From the NCBI GenBank assembly GCA_010093605.1, contig MU004182.1:1087032-1151031 (forward strand): 64,000 bases of DNA, written 5' to 3'. Made by a program: the position numbers and the translations under genes. The stretch's first letter is position 1, and each line of letters begins with the position of its first letter. Positions 1 to 10,886 of the stretch are shown here, piece by piece. A model generated the notes under the pieces. That model was not told the DNA's origin and did no database searches. It saw nothing but the letters and a program-made list of their open reading frames with translations. Source of the stretch: Lophium mytilinum. Its lineage: Eukaryota.

Positions 1-609
1 CTCTTGCGCGCACATCGTGCCAGATGCCCTGCGTCCATCCCCAAAGCCGCAGTGGTGACGTCTGGATCGAATAAAGCCCCGCATTCGCATACGTCCCCAG
101 TATATCATCCCAATACCAGATATCATCACTCAACGGTATCGTCTGCTCCAAGATGGTGCTCAGCACCTGCCCATACACCTGCGCCGTAGCTTTACTGAGC
201 AGCAGCCACTCCAACTCATGCTCATAGGTCGGGTCCGCATGAGGTACCAACTCTGCCTCGTCGTCCTGCGCAAAGTACTGTGCGCATGTCGTGCAGCTTT
301 CCGATATTTGGGCCTGGTCGAGAATGGAGCGGATGCGGTAGGTGGGCACGAGGGCTTTCGAGGTGGTCGAGAGGCTCTTCACTAAATCCTGCAATTGCAG
401 GATGCGCGCCGCTTTGGTGGGATCTTGAGCTTCGGTGGTGCTGAAGGGTGATGGCGCGGCGCGTGCGTGTTCCGCGGTTGAGGGGACGCTGGAGAGCTGT
501 AGTCGGTCGAGCTGGCTGTCGATGCGACGCACTTGGCTGGTGGGAGATGGGATGTTAGTATTGACTTGCGGATTGAATCTGAGAGAACTCACTCCACCAC
601 GAACGACAT
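1..609 (-). CDS. NCA2: Nuclear control of ATPase protein 2 (NCA2 family), 5' part; gene runs off the window start
   Basis: Not in the ORF track. ATG at 609, exon 609-593, intron 592-537 (GTGAGT...CTAAC...CAG), exon 2 from 536. Spliced translation MSFVVDQVRRIDSQLDRLQL...HELEWLLLSKATAQVYGQVLSTILEQTIPLSDDIWYWDDILGTYANAGLYSIQTSPLRLW matches the Pezizomycotina NCA2 pattern as I recognise it. Confidence 0.8.
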
Positions 610-1031
610 GCTGTTGACACAGCGAGGGCCTCGTCGGACACAAACAGCTGGGGTTTGAATCCACACAATTCGCACCTGGGTTGTTGCAGGTGGAGAATCC
701 TTGAGAAAGTCGCGCCCGTGGAGCCGGATGACGTCGGCTGAGCGTCAGCCACAAGAGCGCCACATCCCGGCCCTTTTCTCCCGTCCCAACTCGTTGTCTT
801 TGTAGGCTTCCATCCCAACTGGAAAGTGAGCTGGAGAGTAGCATGTGGGAGCTTGCGATGTTTTAGCCGTGCTTAGTTGCCATTGCAGTCAAATATGAGT
901 AAGATGTAGGATTGTCTCTATGAACAGCATTTCAACTTGGTCATTTATCTCGACAACGAGACTACTATTCATATCAAAAGCGTCTATCATAACCATGCTC
1001 CTATAACCTCGTTATTATAAGCTCTGCTATA

Positions 1032-4000
1032 TCACTCCTCCGCTTCTTCTTTTCCCTTCCCACCATCATCAGCCTGTGGCCTCTCCGGAATCTCAACCCC
1101 TTCAAGCGACCACATCATCATAATATACCCATCACTGAATACCGTAACGTTCAGCTTCTGGGCCTCCAACTCTTCGGGCAACGTAATCCTCGTCAAAGCT
1201 TGCTTGCTGAAAGCCCCACCACCCTTCCCTCTCCCGGCGTCCCCGCTCTGCCACCCAACCCTGCGCAAAGCCACAATCTCATCCCGGCCCGGATACGAAA
1301 GCACAACGAAGAAGCCCTCTGTCTGGGGTTTCGGGAAGCGCGGAGCAAACATTTTGAGGTCAGTCGACACCTTGCCTCTGATAACAGGCGCGGCGTTCAG
1401 ACGCATGATCTGGAGAGTGATGATAGCAGCGTTGACGTCGAGGAGGCGGACCTTGAGATTGGGAAGGGCTTCTATAGCCTTGAGGCTATTCTGCAAACGT
1501 GATGGAACAACACCACCTTTACGAAGCGCTTTTTCGATGTCTGTTCGTGGCGCTGTCGAGACTTCTACTAGGGTCTTGAGAGTGGCTTTCGGGTCTGCGA
1601 TTCGCTGCTTCTCCTCTTCCACCTCAATGCCAGGACAAATGGATAGAGGGCCGTCGTCAGGCCAGCGCGCCGACTTGATGCATTGCAGCAATGTGACCAT
1701 CATTACACAGCTGGAAAGGTAGCCCAGCTCCGTCAAGACGTCAATGGAGGCCTGCACGATACGAATACTCTGGTCCAGCACGGAGTTGAGATCGCCCACG
1801 TAATCGGAAATTGGGAGGTCGATACGGGAGAAGTGGGCTTGGAGTAAAAGGAAAGACTTGACATGCGGATCCCACATAGGCATCCCAAATGAGTCAGCCT
1901 TGAAAGGCAAGTTCTTCGACAGCTCTGCATTGATGAGGTCTTCGTTATGGCGGACAGGCAGCTCATCGTACTCGGTCGCACAAGAAATCCAGGAAAGGAC
2001 ATCTTCGAATGTAGCATTGGGCTTAGCGTGCTTGCGGAGATGGCGGATCGTCTTATGGGAGAGATAATAGTAACTCATGATCTTTCCGAGAGGAGTAGAA
2101 TCGACGTCGCCGTTGGAATGTATCACCACACACCCAGACTCTTCAAGTTCTTTAAGAGACTTCTCGACTAGCTCAACCATATACTCGTTCGCCATTTCCT
2201 GAGCGGCCATGGTGTTGTGCTCCTCCGCAGAGATCTCGAGGCCATAGTACGAGGGATTCTTGTGAAGCCGACGGAAGAAAAAGGTCCAAGTTAGGTAATC
2301 AAGTGCATCTTGCTTGGTGGTTATTGTCTCGGCTGAAATTTCGGCTCCCAAATGATTGTCAAGAACGTTGTGCAAGGAGGATTCGACGGGAAACCCAGTA
2401 TGAAGAAAGTGCTTGTAAAACGCCTTCTTCGAATCCTGAGTAAAGATGCGAGCAATTCCTGACGTATCAAACTGAGGACGACCGGCACGACCGAGCATCT
2501 GGAGTACATCGGTCAAGTCCATGTCTTTGTAGCCTTCCAACTTGGCATCGAAGAATTGAGTTCCCTTGACGACGACAAGGTGAGCGGGCAGATTGACTCC
2601 CCAGGCGAGAGTGCTCGTTGCAACCAAGATTTGGATCTTGTTATTGGCAAATAGCTCCTCGGAAAGTTGACGATCAGACTCAACAAGACCCGCATGATGC
2701 AATCCTATTCCAAAGCTCAAAGACTCCCGGAGAGCATCGTCTTTGACGCGTTGCAGATTCACGAGAAGGTCCTCCTCTGACATACGCAGAAATCGTCTAG
2801 GGTTGTCCTCCATTCCACAGAAGTTGATCAGGTCTTTCGCAGTGAGTCTTGTCTGACGTCGGGAAGCCACAAAGACGATGACAGGCTTGTCTGGAGAGTG
2901 TGATTTGATAGCCAGAAACGTGGGTCGATTCATAGATTGCATCAAAGGGCAGAAGCCTCGTTGCTCGGGGAACCCATCAATGAAGATCTCCAGAGGTACC
3001 GGCCGGACGGAATGCCTGAAGTTGAACAAACCCTGTTTGACTCCCAACCAGTTTCCTAGGTCGGTTGCATTGGCACAAGCAGTAGACATCCCCAAAAGCC
3101 GAACGGAACCTTTCTTTTGCGACGCGATGTAGTTCATTCTCGACACGATGATCTCGAGAATGGGACCACGATCTCCGCCGAGCAGATGGATTTCATCAAT
3201 GATCACAAGGCTCACTTTTTGCACGTAGCCACGGGTCTGCCAACTACGACTGATACCATCCCACTTCTCTGGTGTCGTGATGATGACATCTGCGTCTCGA
3301 ATCGTCCGCGTATCAGGTGTATTGTCTCCGGTCAGCTCGACAAGCTTCAGTCCCATAGGTCCCGCGAGCCGCTTGCCCCAGTCTTTAACCCTCTCACGAA
3401 CCAGCGCTTTCATTGGAGCAATATAGACGACCTTCGATCCCGGCTTCTCTCGGAACGCCCACCACATTGCAAGTTCGGCGGCTACTGTCTTACCACTTCC
3501 AGTTGGCGAACCAAGAAGAACGTTGGCAGATGTATGATACAGACAGTGGAAGATCTGAGTCTGCATGGGGTTGAAGTACTGGAAGCGTTGCCCGTATACG
3601 TCTTCTAGAATGGGGTTCTTGAGTGCTGAGATTGACAAGGGTTGGAGGTTGAGAAGATCTGTATAAACGCTTTCCGTATCCGGTCTAATCAAGTGCTGGA
3701 ACGAGATCGGATGAACGGTCTCAGCTCCTAGCCATCGATCGGAAACAGCACGGACGTAGATCTGCGAAGGTAGGGGATCCGAAAGAGGAACCGTAAAGCT
3801 CAACTCGTGATCATCGTACAGCTTCCTCCTTGACAGAATGAAGAATTCGTGGTGGTAGATCTCTGACGTTTCCGAATTCTCCACCCATATCCAGTAAGAC
3901 TCGGATGTACCGTGGTGAAGATCGTTCCAACGAAACTCCGGAGTAATGAACAAGCGTATTCGTAGAACATCGCGGTTGAGAGGAGCGATTTCGGATTCGA

Positions 4001-6992
4001 TAGTAAGAGTTGGAAAATTGTTCAGTAGCTTTGAGATTATGCCTCCCATCTTGTTATTGTGGACTAAAGAGCCAATCTCGGTGGAGTCCATCTCCCGTAA
4101 AGCTTCGACGGAAGATACAGAGCTCTTCTCATCAAGGTAGCGTAGGACGGGAACAGGCAAGTTGAACTGGTGAAAAGGATGCTGGTATGCCCAAATCTGG
4201 CGCTCGATTGACTGGCAAAGGTTCAGAAGCACCAGGCATTGGTGACCCCATCGCCTATTCAAAGCCACCATAAACAGAGCTCTGCATATGCGAGTCGCAT
4301 TCTGAGTGATGTAGTTTGTATCTGAAACAAGCGTGTAATCTTCGATTCGTGCACGTGAAATGTGTGACTGCAGAAGAATGTTCGTTTTCCCGTGAGGAGT
4401 ACCTGGCCCTCCTTCGACTTTGCAAGGCACATATTCCTCTTCCATTAATCTTGAGAGCTCCTTTTCTTCAGTGTCGCGAGACTGAATGTTATCAAACTCC
4501 CCACTCATACTGATCATCTTGAGTACGTCTGCTTCAGTCGCCTGCGGCCTCATCATGGTATTGAAGATCTCGATGCTAGTCTGCAAGACGTAGAACTGAC
4601 TGGCAATTCGGCCAACGTCCTTCGCGCGGAGTTCTTCTGTGACTTCGTTGAAAATGATCATCTGACTCGTCTGTAAGACTTTGGCAGCGTCTATGACTAG
4701 CTTCCTGCGTCGTTGGACAAGTGCTGGATCGTCACGTATCTCCGCCCAGTCGATGCCGTACCCGAGCGGATTGCGCTTCATGCGGACGAACAGATATGAG
4801 TACCCAAGCCATTGAACTGCTTCGGGGATTGAAGTGACAGTGCCCAACGATATCTCCGCATTGAGGTTGTCCACCATCTTTCTAGAGAATTTAGACTCAA
4901 TTGGTTGCTGCTCAGTCACGGCCTTCAGGTAATGATCCAGCTTGTCCTGTGTGGTGCAGATGAACCCAATACCGGTATCTTGAAATTGGGGTCGACCAGC
5001 TCGACCAAAGATCTGCAAAACGTCAAGAATGCCAAGGTCGACAAACTTTCCCTCTTGAGCACTGTAAAGTTGCGTGCCCTTGATAATAACTGCTGCTGCT
5101 GGTAAATTCACACCCCAAGCGAGGGTCGCAGTACAGCAAAGCACCTTCAAGACACCCTCGGCGAATAGGCGTTCGATCAGATTTCTGTCGGTTCTAGGCA
5201 TACCCGCGTGGTGGGTTCCCATACCCTTTGGTATGAGCTCTCGGAGTTCTCTTCCTTTAGAAGTCCTCATAGCCGTAACAGCTTGATCGTATCCTGGATG
5301 GAACGAAGGATCAAAAAGATCGGCGCATTGTCTCTCCATGGCCTTTTCATACAGCTTTCTCGCGGTGTTGAATGTGTCCTTCCTCGAATGCACAAATACC
5401 ATCACCTGGTGGCCCAGTCGCAACATGTCGGTGACCTTTTCAAACGCCGTTTCATCGATGTTTTCTCGGGATTTCGCTGTCCCAGCTTTTCCCTTGACCC
5501 CAATGAAGTGCTGTTCCAGCGGTACAGGCCGGAACGACGCGTCGAAATAGAAGAGACCTGCCATCTTGTTGACTTTCAAGAAGTCCGCTACATCAACATA
5601 ATTTGGAAGGGTGGCAGAGAGTCCAACGATTCGGATAAGAGACTGCGTGCTCTCGACCTGTCGTTCCGTACGGGCCACCAAAGATTCCAACACAGCACCT
5701 CTCTCATCGTGAAGCATGTGCACTTCATCTATGATGAGAAGGCGCACTTTCTGCACGAGCTCTGTATCGCCGGTACTCTTTCTTGTTACTACGTCCCATT
5801 TCTCAGGAGTAGTAACGATGATTTGAGTCTGGACAATCTCCGCCTTTGTCAAGTGCATATCTCCTGTAAGCTCGCGAACCTTGATACCGAGCCAGGCAAG
5901 TCGCTTTCCGAGCTTATCCACAATCTCGGCTGCCAAAGCTTTCATGGGGGCAACATAAATAATTTTGAAGTCCTCGGCGAGTACGGTAAAGTCGGTGGCA
6001 TCCGGATTCTCAATAGGATTCGGGATGATGTTCTTCGCGATAGTATTGAGAATGGTAAGCAGCGCCGCATCGGTTTTACCAGCACCGGTAGGAGCGCAAA
6101 TCAGCATATTCTCGCTCGTGTTATATGCAACGGGATAGACCAGACTTTGCATCCTATTGAGGGCCTTGTAGCCTTTGAACGTCCGTTTGCACAGCCCGTC
6201 CATTTCATTAATCTCGATGAGCTTTCGTCCTACACCCAGGGTTCCAACTGCGGCAGCTGGTATCGTAAACTCTTCGTATCTCTCTTTCTGTTCATGCTTG
6301 TGGCCTTGTGGTAATGCAAACTTCTTTCCGAGAGTCGATAGTTTATTGCCGGTCTCATGAGCTCTATATACATGAGGATACTGAGGTCCTTCGCGGTCCA
6401 ACCGGGCGCGTAAGCCAGCGGTCTTGTGTTCAAAGTCCTGGCGGCGAAGAGCCTCTTCTCTCTCTTCTTTAGTCTGCAACCGCCCGATCACCCCATTGCT
6501 TCCAGTATCCGTGTTTGTGGACTTGATAACCTCGCTCCGATGCGCTATGAGGTCCGCCACTAGATCAAGCTCCGCATATCCTAGCATATCGGCAAGCATC
6601 ATCTGGAGTTCGTCATCCCGGCTGTCCGACGCCAGTATAGCAAGAAGCTGCTCTTGTAACGCCTTCGCCTCTAGCCCAGAGCTCTTGCTGGCAACTTCTT
6701 CACATTTTTGTTCCAGCCATGCTTTGTTATAGCCCGAGTCCTTCGCAGGTGCCTCATCAACATCGTTCAGATGGTCGCTGCTGTAGGAATCGTCTCGCTC
6801 GTCGCTTATGAGGTCCCAGATATCGTCGCCGCTGGCGGTTCCGGAAAGCTCGTCATCATCGATCTCGATATCGTGCCCGTATGCTTGAGTCTGCTCATCA
6901 GTAGTAGGTAGCTTGAGTTCCGCAATAGCCTCTCGCATTGCCGCAAACTGGGCGAGCCATTGCGACTGCGCAGTCTCCAAAGAAGGAGACAT
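1032..6992 (-). CDS. SLH1: Ski2-like double-cassette helicase Slh1/Rqt2 (ASCC3 orthologue), ribosome quality control
   Basis: Single 1986-aa ORF with two DExH cassettes (APTGAGKT/DEVH and SPTGSGKT/DEIH), GRAGRPQFD-type motif VI twice, and Sec63 domains. The 'WDGISRSWQTRGYV' segment fits ASCC3/Slh1 rather than Brr2. Confidence 0.95.
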   Translation of the reverse strand: MSPSLETAQSQWLAQFAAMREAIAELKLPTTDEQTQAYGHDIEIDDDELSGTASGDDIWDLISDERDDSYSSDHLNDVDEAPAKDSGYNKAWLEQKCEEVASKSSGLEAKALQEQLLAILASDSRDDELQMMLADMLGYAELDLVADLIAHRSEVIKSTNTDTGSNGVIGRLQTKEEREEALRRQDFEHKTAGLRARLDREGPQYPHVYRAHETGNKLSTLGKKFALPQGHKHEQKERYEEFTIPAAAVGTLGVGRKLIEINEMDGLCKRTFKGYKALNRMQSLVYPVAYNTSENMLICAPTGAGKTDAALLTILNTIAKNIIPNPIENPDATDFTVLAEDFKIIYVAPMKALAAEIVDKLGKRLAWLGIKVRELTGDMHLTKAEIVQTQIIVTTPEKWDVVTRKSTGDTELVQKVRLLIIDEVHMLHDERGAVLESLVARTERQVESTQSLIRIVGLSATLPNYVDVADFLKVNKMAGLFYFDASFRPVPLEQHFIGVKGKAGTAKSRENIDETAFEKVTDMLRLGHQVMVFVHSRKDTFNTARKLYEKAMERQCADLFDPSFHPGYDQAVTAMRTSKGRELRELIPKGMGTHHAGMPRTDRNLIERLFAEGVLKVLCCTATLAWGVNLPAAAVIIKGTQLYSAQEGKFVDLGILDVLQIFGRAGRPQFQDTGIGFICTTQDKLDHYLKAVTEQQPIESKFSRKMVDNLNAEISLGTVTSIPEAVQWLGYSYLFVRMKRNPLGYGIDWAEIRDDPALVQRRRKLVIDAAKVLQTSQMIIFNEVTEELRAKDVGRIASQFYVLQTSIEIFNTMMRPQATEADVLKMISMSGEFDNIQSRDTEEKELSRLMEEEYVPCKVEGGPGTPHGKTNILLQSHISRARIEDYTLVSDTNYITQNATRICRALFMVALNRRWGHQCLVLLNLCQSIERQIWAYQHPFHQFNLPVPVLRYLDEKSSVSSVEALREMDSTEIGSLVHNNKMGGIISKLLNNFPTLTIESEIAPLNRDVLRIRLFITPEFRWNDLHHGTSESYWIWVENSETSEIYHHEFFILSRRKLYDDHELSFTVPLSDPLPSQIYVRAVSDRWLGAETVHPISFQHLIRPDTESVYTDLLNLQPLSISALKNPILEDVYGQRFQYFNPMQTQIFHCLYHTSANVLLGSPTGSGKTVAAELAMWWAFREKPGSKVVYIAPMKALVRERVKDWGKRLAGPMGLKLVELTGDNTPDTRTIRDADVIITTPEKWDGISRSWQTRGYVQKVSLVIIDEIHLLGGDRGPILEIIVSRMNYIASQKKGSVRLLGMSTACANATDLGNWLGVKQGLFNFRHSVRPVPLEIFIDGFPEQRGFCPLMQSMNRPTFLAIKSHSPDKPVIVFVASRRQTRLTAKDLINFCGMEDNPRRFLRMSEEDLLVNLQRVKDDALRESLSFGIGLHHAGLVESDRQLSEELFANNKIQILVATSTLAWGVNLPAHLVVVKGTQFFDAKLEGYKDMDLTDVLQMLGRAGRPQFDTSGIARIFTQDSKKAFYKHFLHTGFPVESSLHNVLDNHLGAEISAETITTKQDALDYLTWTFFFRRLHKNPSYYGLEISAEEHNTMAAQEMANEYMVELVEKSLKELEESGCVVIHSNGDVDSTPLGKIMSYYYLSHKTIRHLRKHAKPNATFEDVLSWISCATEYDELPVRHNEDLINAELSKNLPFKADSFGMPMWDPHVKSFLLLQAHFSRIDLPISDYVGDLNSVLDQSIRIVQASIDVLTELGYLSSCVMMVTLLQCIKSARWPDDGPLSICPGIEVEEEKQRIADPKATLKTLVEVSTAPRTDIEKALRKGGVVPSRLQNSLKAIEALPNLKVRLLDVNAAIITLQIMRLNAAPVIRGKVSTDLKMFAPRFPKPQTEGFFVVLSYPGRDEIVALRRVGWQSGDAGRGKGGGAFSKQALTRITLPEELEAQKLNVTVFSDGYIMMMWSLEGVEIPERPQADDGGKGKEEAEE

Positions 6993-7353
6993 TTGGATGG
7001 ATCAGCGAGGGCGAAATAGTAGCGAAGGGTTGAGAAAGCTGCGTAGGACTTGAAGGAAACCAAGTCTACTCCAAGGGCACAAGGCGAGTGCCACTCCGTG
7101 ACTCACGGTGGAGTGAATTTGAGAGAGTGGCGGCGTGGAGACTGGTGCATCTTACTTGCCAAGGCAGGCGAGATGTGATTGGCTCATCTGCACTACGGAG
7201 TACCAACGACTCTCGAGATATATACAAATCGCGTGCACAGCACTATATACGAGAGGCAACCTGCCCATTGTTGTTGTCTAAAAGTTATGAACAAAGCGTG
7301 GGTGTGTGATGCTAGATCACATGTTTAACATTCTGGATGTGCTTGACGATACT

Positions 7354-8361
7354 CTACTTAAAACTCGTCACCAAGGCGACCACATGAAACGCCGTGCCAA
7401 TGACAGCACAGATGTGGTGTAGCTGGTGCGAATGACCCCAGACATCGAAAGTCCCTGGGCTGAGCCTCTCAGGTAGTCTCCCTACAAACAAAGATACACC
7501 AAGACACAGAATCAATCCTTCCGACAGATACCACTGCGCACCAATCTGTCTGCATGCCTGGTCCCAGCCCAATTTCCCGATGCCATGGAAAATTGGAAGC
7601 ATCGCAGTGAGCGCAAGTGAAACGAACACACCTCCGCGCAGATTCCTCATTTTACCTCCACCACCACCAGTATCGAAGAGTACGATAGCAGCGCCCAAGG
7701 CTGCGCATGCATTGAGCGCCCAGTACGCCCGTTGAGCCGTGGGGTTGCAGAAGAATGTATAATAAGTAGCAGATGCTCCGCCCCCAAGTGCCAGCACGCA
7801 GATACAGAAGATATCCAGCCTGCCCCAAGAATGGTGGACATTGTATGAGTGGCTTCTCAATGTGTGAAAAGTAGTGCTGAGCCCAAAGCAAGCGGCCGCC
7901 GCGGTGATGGAGATTCCGAACGCAAAGTTGTCGCCAGCGCTGAGAATGAGAGACTTGGAAGCAGCGTAGTTGTATAAAGTGCTACCTGTCGTCACGAAAG
8001 CCACGCTGCCGATAAGATGTGTCCAGATATTCATCGTCTCCATGTGTACGCAACGCCAAAGCCGAAATGATCGTTTGTAGGAGTAGGTAGGCATTGAATG
8101 TCCTCCAACAATATAGTCATTGTCCCTGAGCCATATAGGGATTGTATCTTTTGATGCAAAAATCGGCCAATACGGAGTCTCGTCCGGCTTGCGGAACATA
8201 GGCGAGGAGCTTGCTATGGAAGATTCAGAAATCGTCGAGGCTGGAGGTTGTGTTGCTTCCTTGACCATCTTTGCGATTTCGAGGGCTTGCGACTCCAAAT
8301 TCGGAGTCATAGCACGGGGCGCCAGCAGTCTTTGAGGCTTCGAGTTTCTTACAAGCGCCAA
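7354..8361 (-). CDS. PAQR/IZH (hemolysin-III-related, mPR-like) 7-TM protein; start uncertain and C-terminus slightly truncated
   Basis: Motifs WLRDNDYI, HMETMNIWTHLIG, STTFHTLRSHS, RLDIFCI, PERLSPGTFDVWGHSHQLHH and seven hydrophobic segments. The track start is TTG; the first in-frame ATG is near 8310. Confidence 0.85.
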   Translation of the reverse strand: MALVRNSKPQRLLAPRAMTPNLESQALEIAKMVKEATQPPASTISESSIASSSPMFRKPDETPYWPIFASKDTIPIWLRDNDYIVGGHSMPTYSYKRSFRLWRCVHMETMNIWTHLIGSVAFVTTGSTLYNYAASKSLILSAGDNFAFGISITAAAACFGLSTTFHTLRSHSYNVHHSWGRLDIFCICVLALGGGASATYYTFFCNPTAQRAYWALNACAALGAAIVLFDTGGGGGKMRNLRGGVFVSLALTAMLPIFHGIGKLGWDQACRQIGAQWYLSEGLILCLGVSLFVGRLPERLSPGTFDVWGHSHQLHHICAVIGTAFHVVALVTSFK

Positions 8362-8609
8362 CTTGGCAAGCAGGCAAACTCATAAGGCCAGAACCTATGT
8401 TTCATCAGGCTTAGTTCGTCTTAAGTCACGTTTCGAGTAGGGGCAGGCGCCTATTTCGTGAGTGTCCCCTGGACTAATTGAATGACTTTGCGATAACAGG
8501 AATATAACTTATATTGTATAGGAAAAAGGGGGACGTTGGAAGAGGCCTAGTAAAGGAGATTCGGACTGTGAGCTCAATCTTTATCTCAACTACACCGCGC
8601 ACAACCCAC

Positions 8610-9653
8610 TTAAGCAGTCGGATCAACAGCGTTGAATTTCGCATCATAATGAATCGGCACCTCCGTCTCCGTCCCAAACTCGTCAACCAGCAACGCACAG
8701 TTGCGATTAATCAGATGCCACTCATTGATGTCATGGGTCGTCGGCTCGCTAGCTACAATCGTGTGTCTACCGTGCTCCTCCGCCTCCTTGGTGGCCTCCT
8801 GGTTGACTGAGTCATCGTCCGGCTTACCAGGATACTTGTGGTTCAGCGTACGGCCAGCGAACTCACTCCAATACAAACTCGGTGGCTGCTGGCTCTCATG
8901 GTTGCGGAAGCGGATGGCAACTATTTTCTTCCCATCGGTAGCACAAAGGTTTAAGCTATTTGGCGCGGCTTTGGCGCCGAGTTTCTTGTGCTGGAGCTCG
9001 AGTACTTCAATAACGGTCTTGATGAGCGCGGCTCGCATTTGCTCGATCGTGTATTCCTTCTCCCACGTGTCTTTGGTGCCGTGGTGCGTGAGGTTGGTAA
9101 GATAGAGAGCGGCGACATGCTCGCTGTCTGTCGTGCCTAAAACATTGCAATAGGCGTCGAAAGACAGTAGATCGGTGAGGTCGCGGCGGATGTCGGAGAA
9201 GTTAGAGACGACGCCGTTGTGCATGAAGGTGTGGCGGCCAAAGACGAACGGGTGCGAGTTCACCTGCGTCACAACGCTGCCGCTAGTGGCGCGGATATGG
9301 GCGAAGACGCACTTAGATTCAGTGTTGCTGCAAAGGCTACGGAAGTTGAAGTCGTTGAATGGAGGAGATTGGGATTTGTACAGTGCAGGTCGCGGGCCAG
9401 AAAGAGGGCTTGAGTAGTCCGCGGCAGTATCGGTATACCAGGCAACACCAAGACCATCCATGTTGAGGAGACTGTTTCTCATCCGGAGAAGCTTGTCGGG
9501 TGCATCATCAAGCTCTTTTTCTTCTCCATGGGGCAGGAGCTGAGGGAGATAGTGCTCGGAGCATTGCTTGGAGATTGAGTTGGCGGGAGTGATAAGGACG
9601 TCGCTGAGAAGGCAAGGCTCCTCAGGGGAGATATAAGCAAACCATCGGCACAT
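8610..9653 (-). CDS. Class II glutamine amidotransferase (Ntn hydrolase), Dug3/YafJ-like
   Basis: Starts MCRWFAY (Cys2 nucleophile); NMDGLGVAWY, FAHIRATSG, NSHPF, FMHNG, GTTDSEH and IVASEP motifs. Confidence 0.9.
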   Translation of the reverse strand: MCRWFAYISPEEPCLLSDVLITPANSISKQCSEHYLPQLLPHGEEKELDDAPDKLLRMRNSLLNMDGLGVAWYTDTAADYSSPLSGPRPALYKSQSPPFNDFNFRSLCSNTESKCVFAHIRATSGSVVTQVNSHPFVFGRHTFMHNGVVSNFSDIRRDLTDLLSFDAYCNVLGTTDSEHVAALYLTNLTHHGTKDTWEKEYTIEQMRAALIKTVIEVLELQHKKLGAKAAPNSLNLCATDGKKIVAIRFRNHESQQPPSLYWSEFAGRTLNHKYPGKPDDDSVNQEATKEAEEHGRHTIVASEPTTHDINEWHLINRNCALLVDEFGTETEVPIHYDAKFNAVDPTA

Positions 9654-10886
9654 ATTGAGAAGTGATGTTGGGATTGGTGCTCAGTGTTGACTTTCGTAAG
9701 GGTTTGCTGATATCTCTGAGGTAGAGGAGCGGGTCCAAGCCCAACTTATCTTTCCAGTCGTGAAGCGAAGGGATTCTCTGTGGATCGATCTAGCAAAGAA
9801 GAATCTCTAGGTTTATATTCTATCCGATGAAGTGGAGGTAATGAGGGGTTGGTGAGCTGGTGCAGGAAGCGTGTCAGACGGGAATGGGGTTGCATAATCT
9901 AGTCAAAGTCTAGCTACCAATCGATCTGCATACATACCCGCAAGATCGGCCACTTCGTTCAGATCTGGAGCATCGGTATCGCTGCAGACATATCCGCCGC
10001 CATACAGTGTCACCGGAAAGCGCCATCAAGGAGTCTGATTGACGCTGTGGGTCGCACAAAGCACAATGCTCCTCGATGCAAGAACACGTCTTCGAGCGGG
10101 GTTTTGATGCGCGTCCTACGTTAGCTTATGAAGGCTCAAAGGTTAACAGATAAGCTAGGTACCAGCCACCCTCCTCCACGTCTGATGGCTTGCATCAGGA
10201 GTTGATGGAACACGATGGTAGACTGAGTGACGGGGATCAAAAGAGATGGTCAAAAGAAGGGTTATCAAAGCGTTCACTCGTTTCGGGTCGGTCCGTGCTT
10301 GCCGACCTTGGCAGCTCCACTCCACCTGGGTACGCATCCGGAGGTCTTGATCTTGATCGCCTGCTGTTTGGACCGCTCAAAATAGCAAGAGAAGCGGATT
10401 GAGCTGCGGAGCAATCCTGGGCTCATTTAGACGCTCTTAAACCGTGAGATCGTGCATCACCGTAGCCAAACAGCTTCATCTTGTTCAGTTCAGCTCTTCA
10501 TTCAGCTAACATCATACTACAAAACTCTATCCAGTCGACCTATCTCATCTACATCTCAAGCAGTGGAGTATTATTTGCACACGGATCGACGTGCACATAC
10601 ACACGCAATGCTCCCAGTAATTGCTCCATTAGCGCTCACTTTTCGAGGGTGCGAATACAGCGCTTTAGTTTCTGCTGGCCTGTATCGTAACAACAGGGCT
10701 GAAGCGTACAGGGAAAGTTCAGCTCAGGGACCATGCTCAAAGGCTTCTAAGAGCCGTATATAAATCCAATTGTGCCAGGCTTGTTCCTGTGCATGCTTCC
10801 GAACGCCTCGTTCCCAACTTCGAACATCCATTTTCCCGGTTTCAACGATCAGAACTTACCTCTCCCTTTGATCATTAGCCAATACC

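Noticed and set aside
5208..6314. 368-aa plus-strand ORF
   Set aside because: Antisense shadow of the SLH1 coding sequence; no motifs. The same applies to the long antisense ORFs at 27193-28311, 52660-53553, 20822-21586 and 56249-56908.
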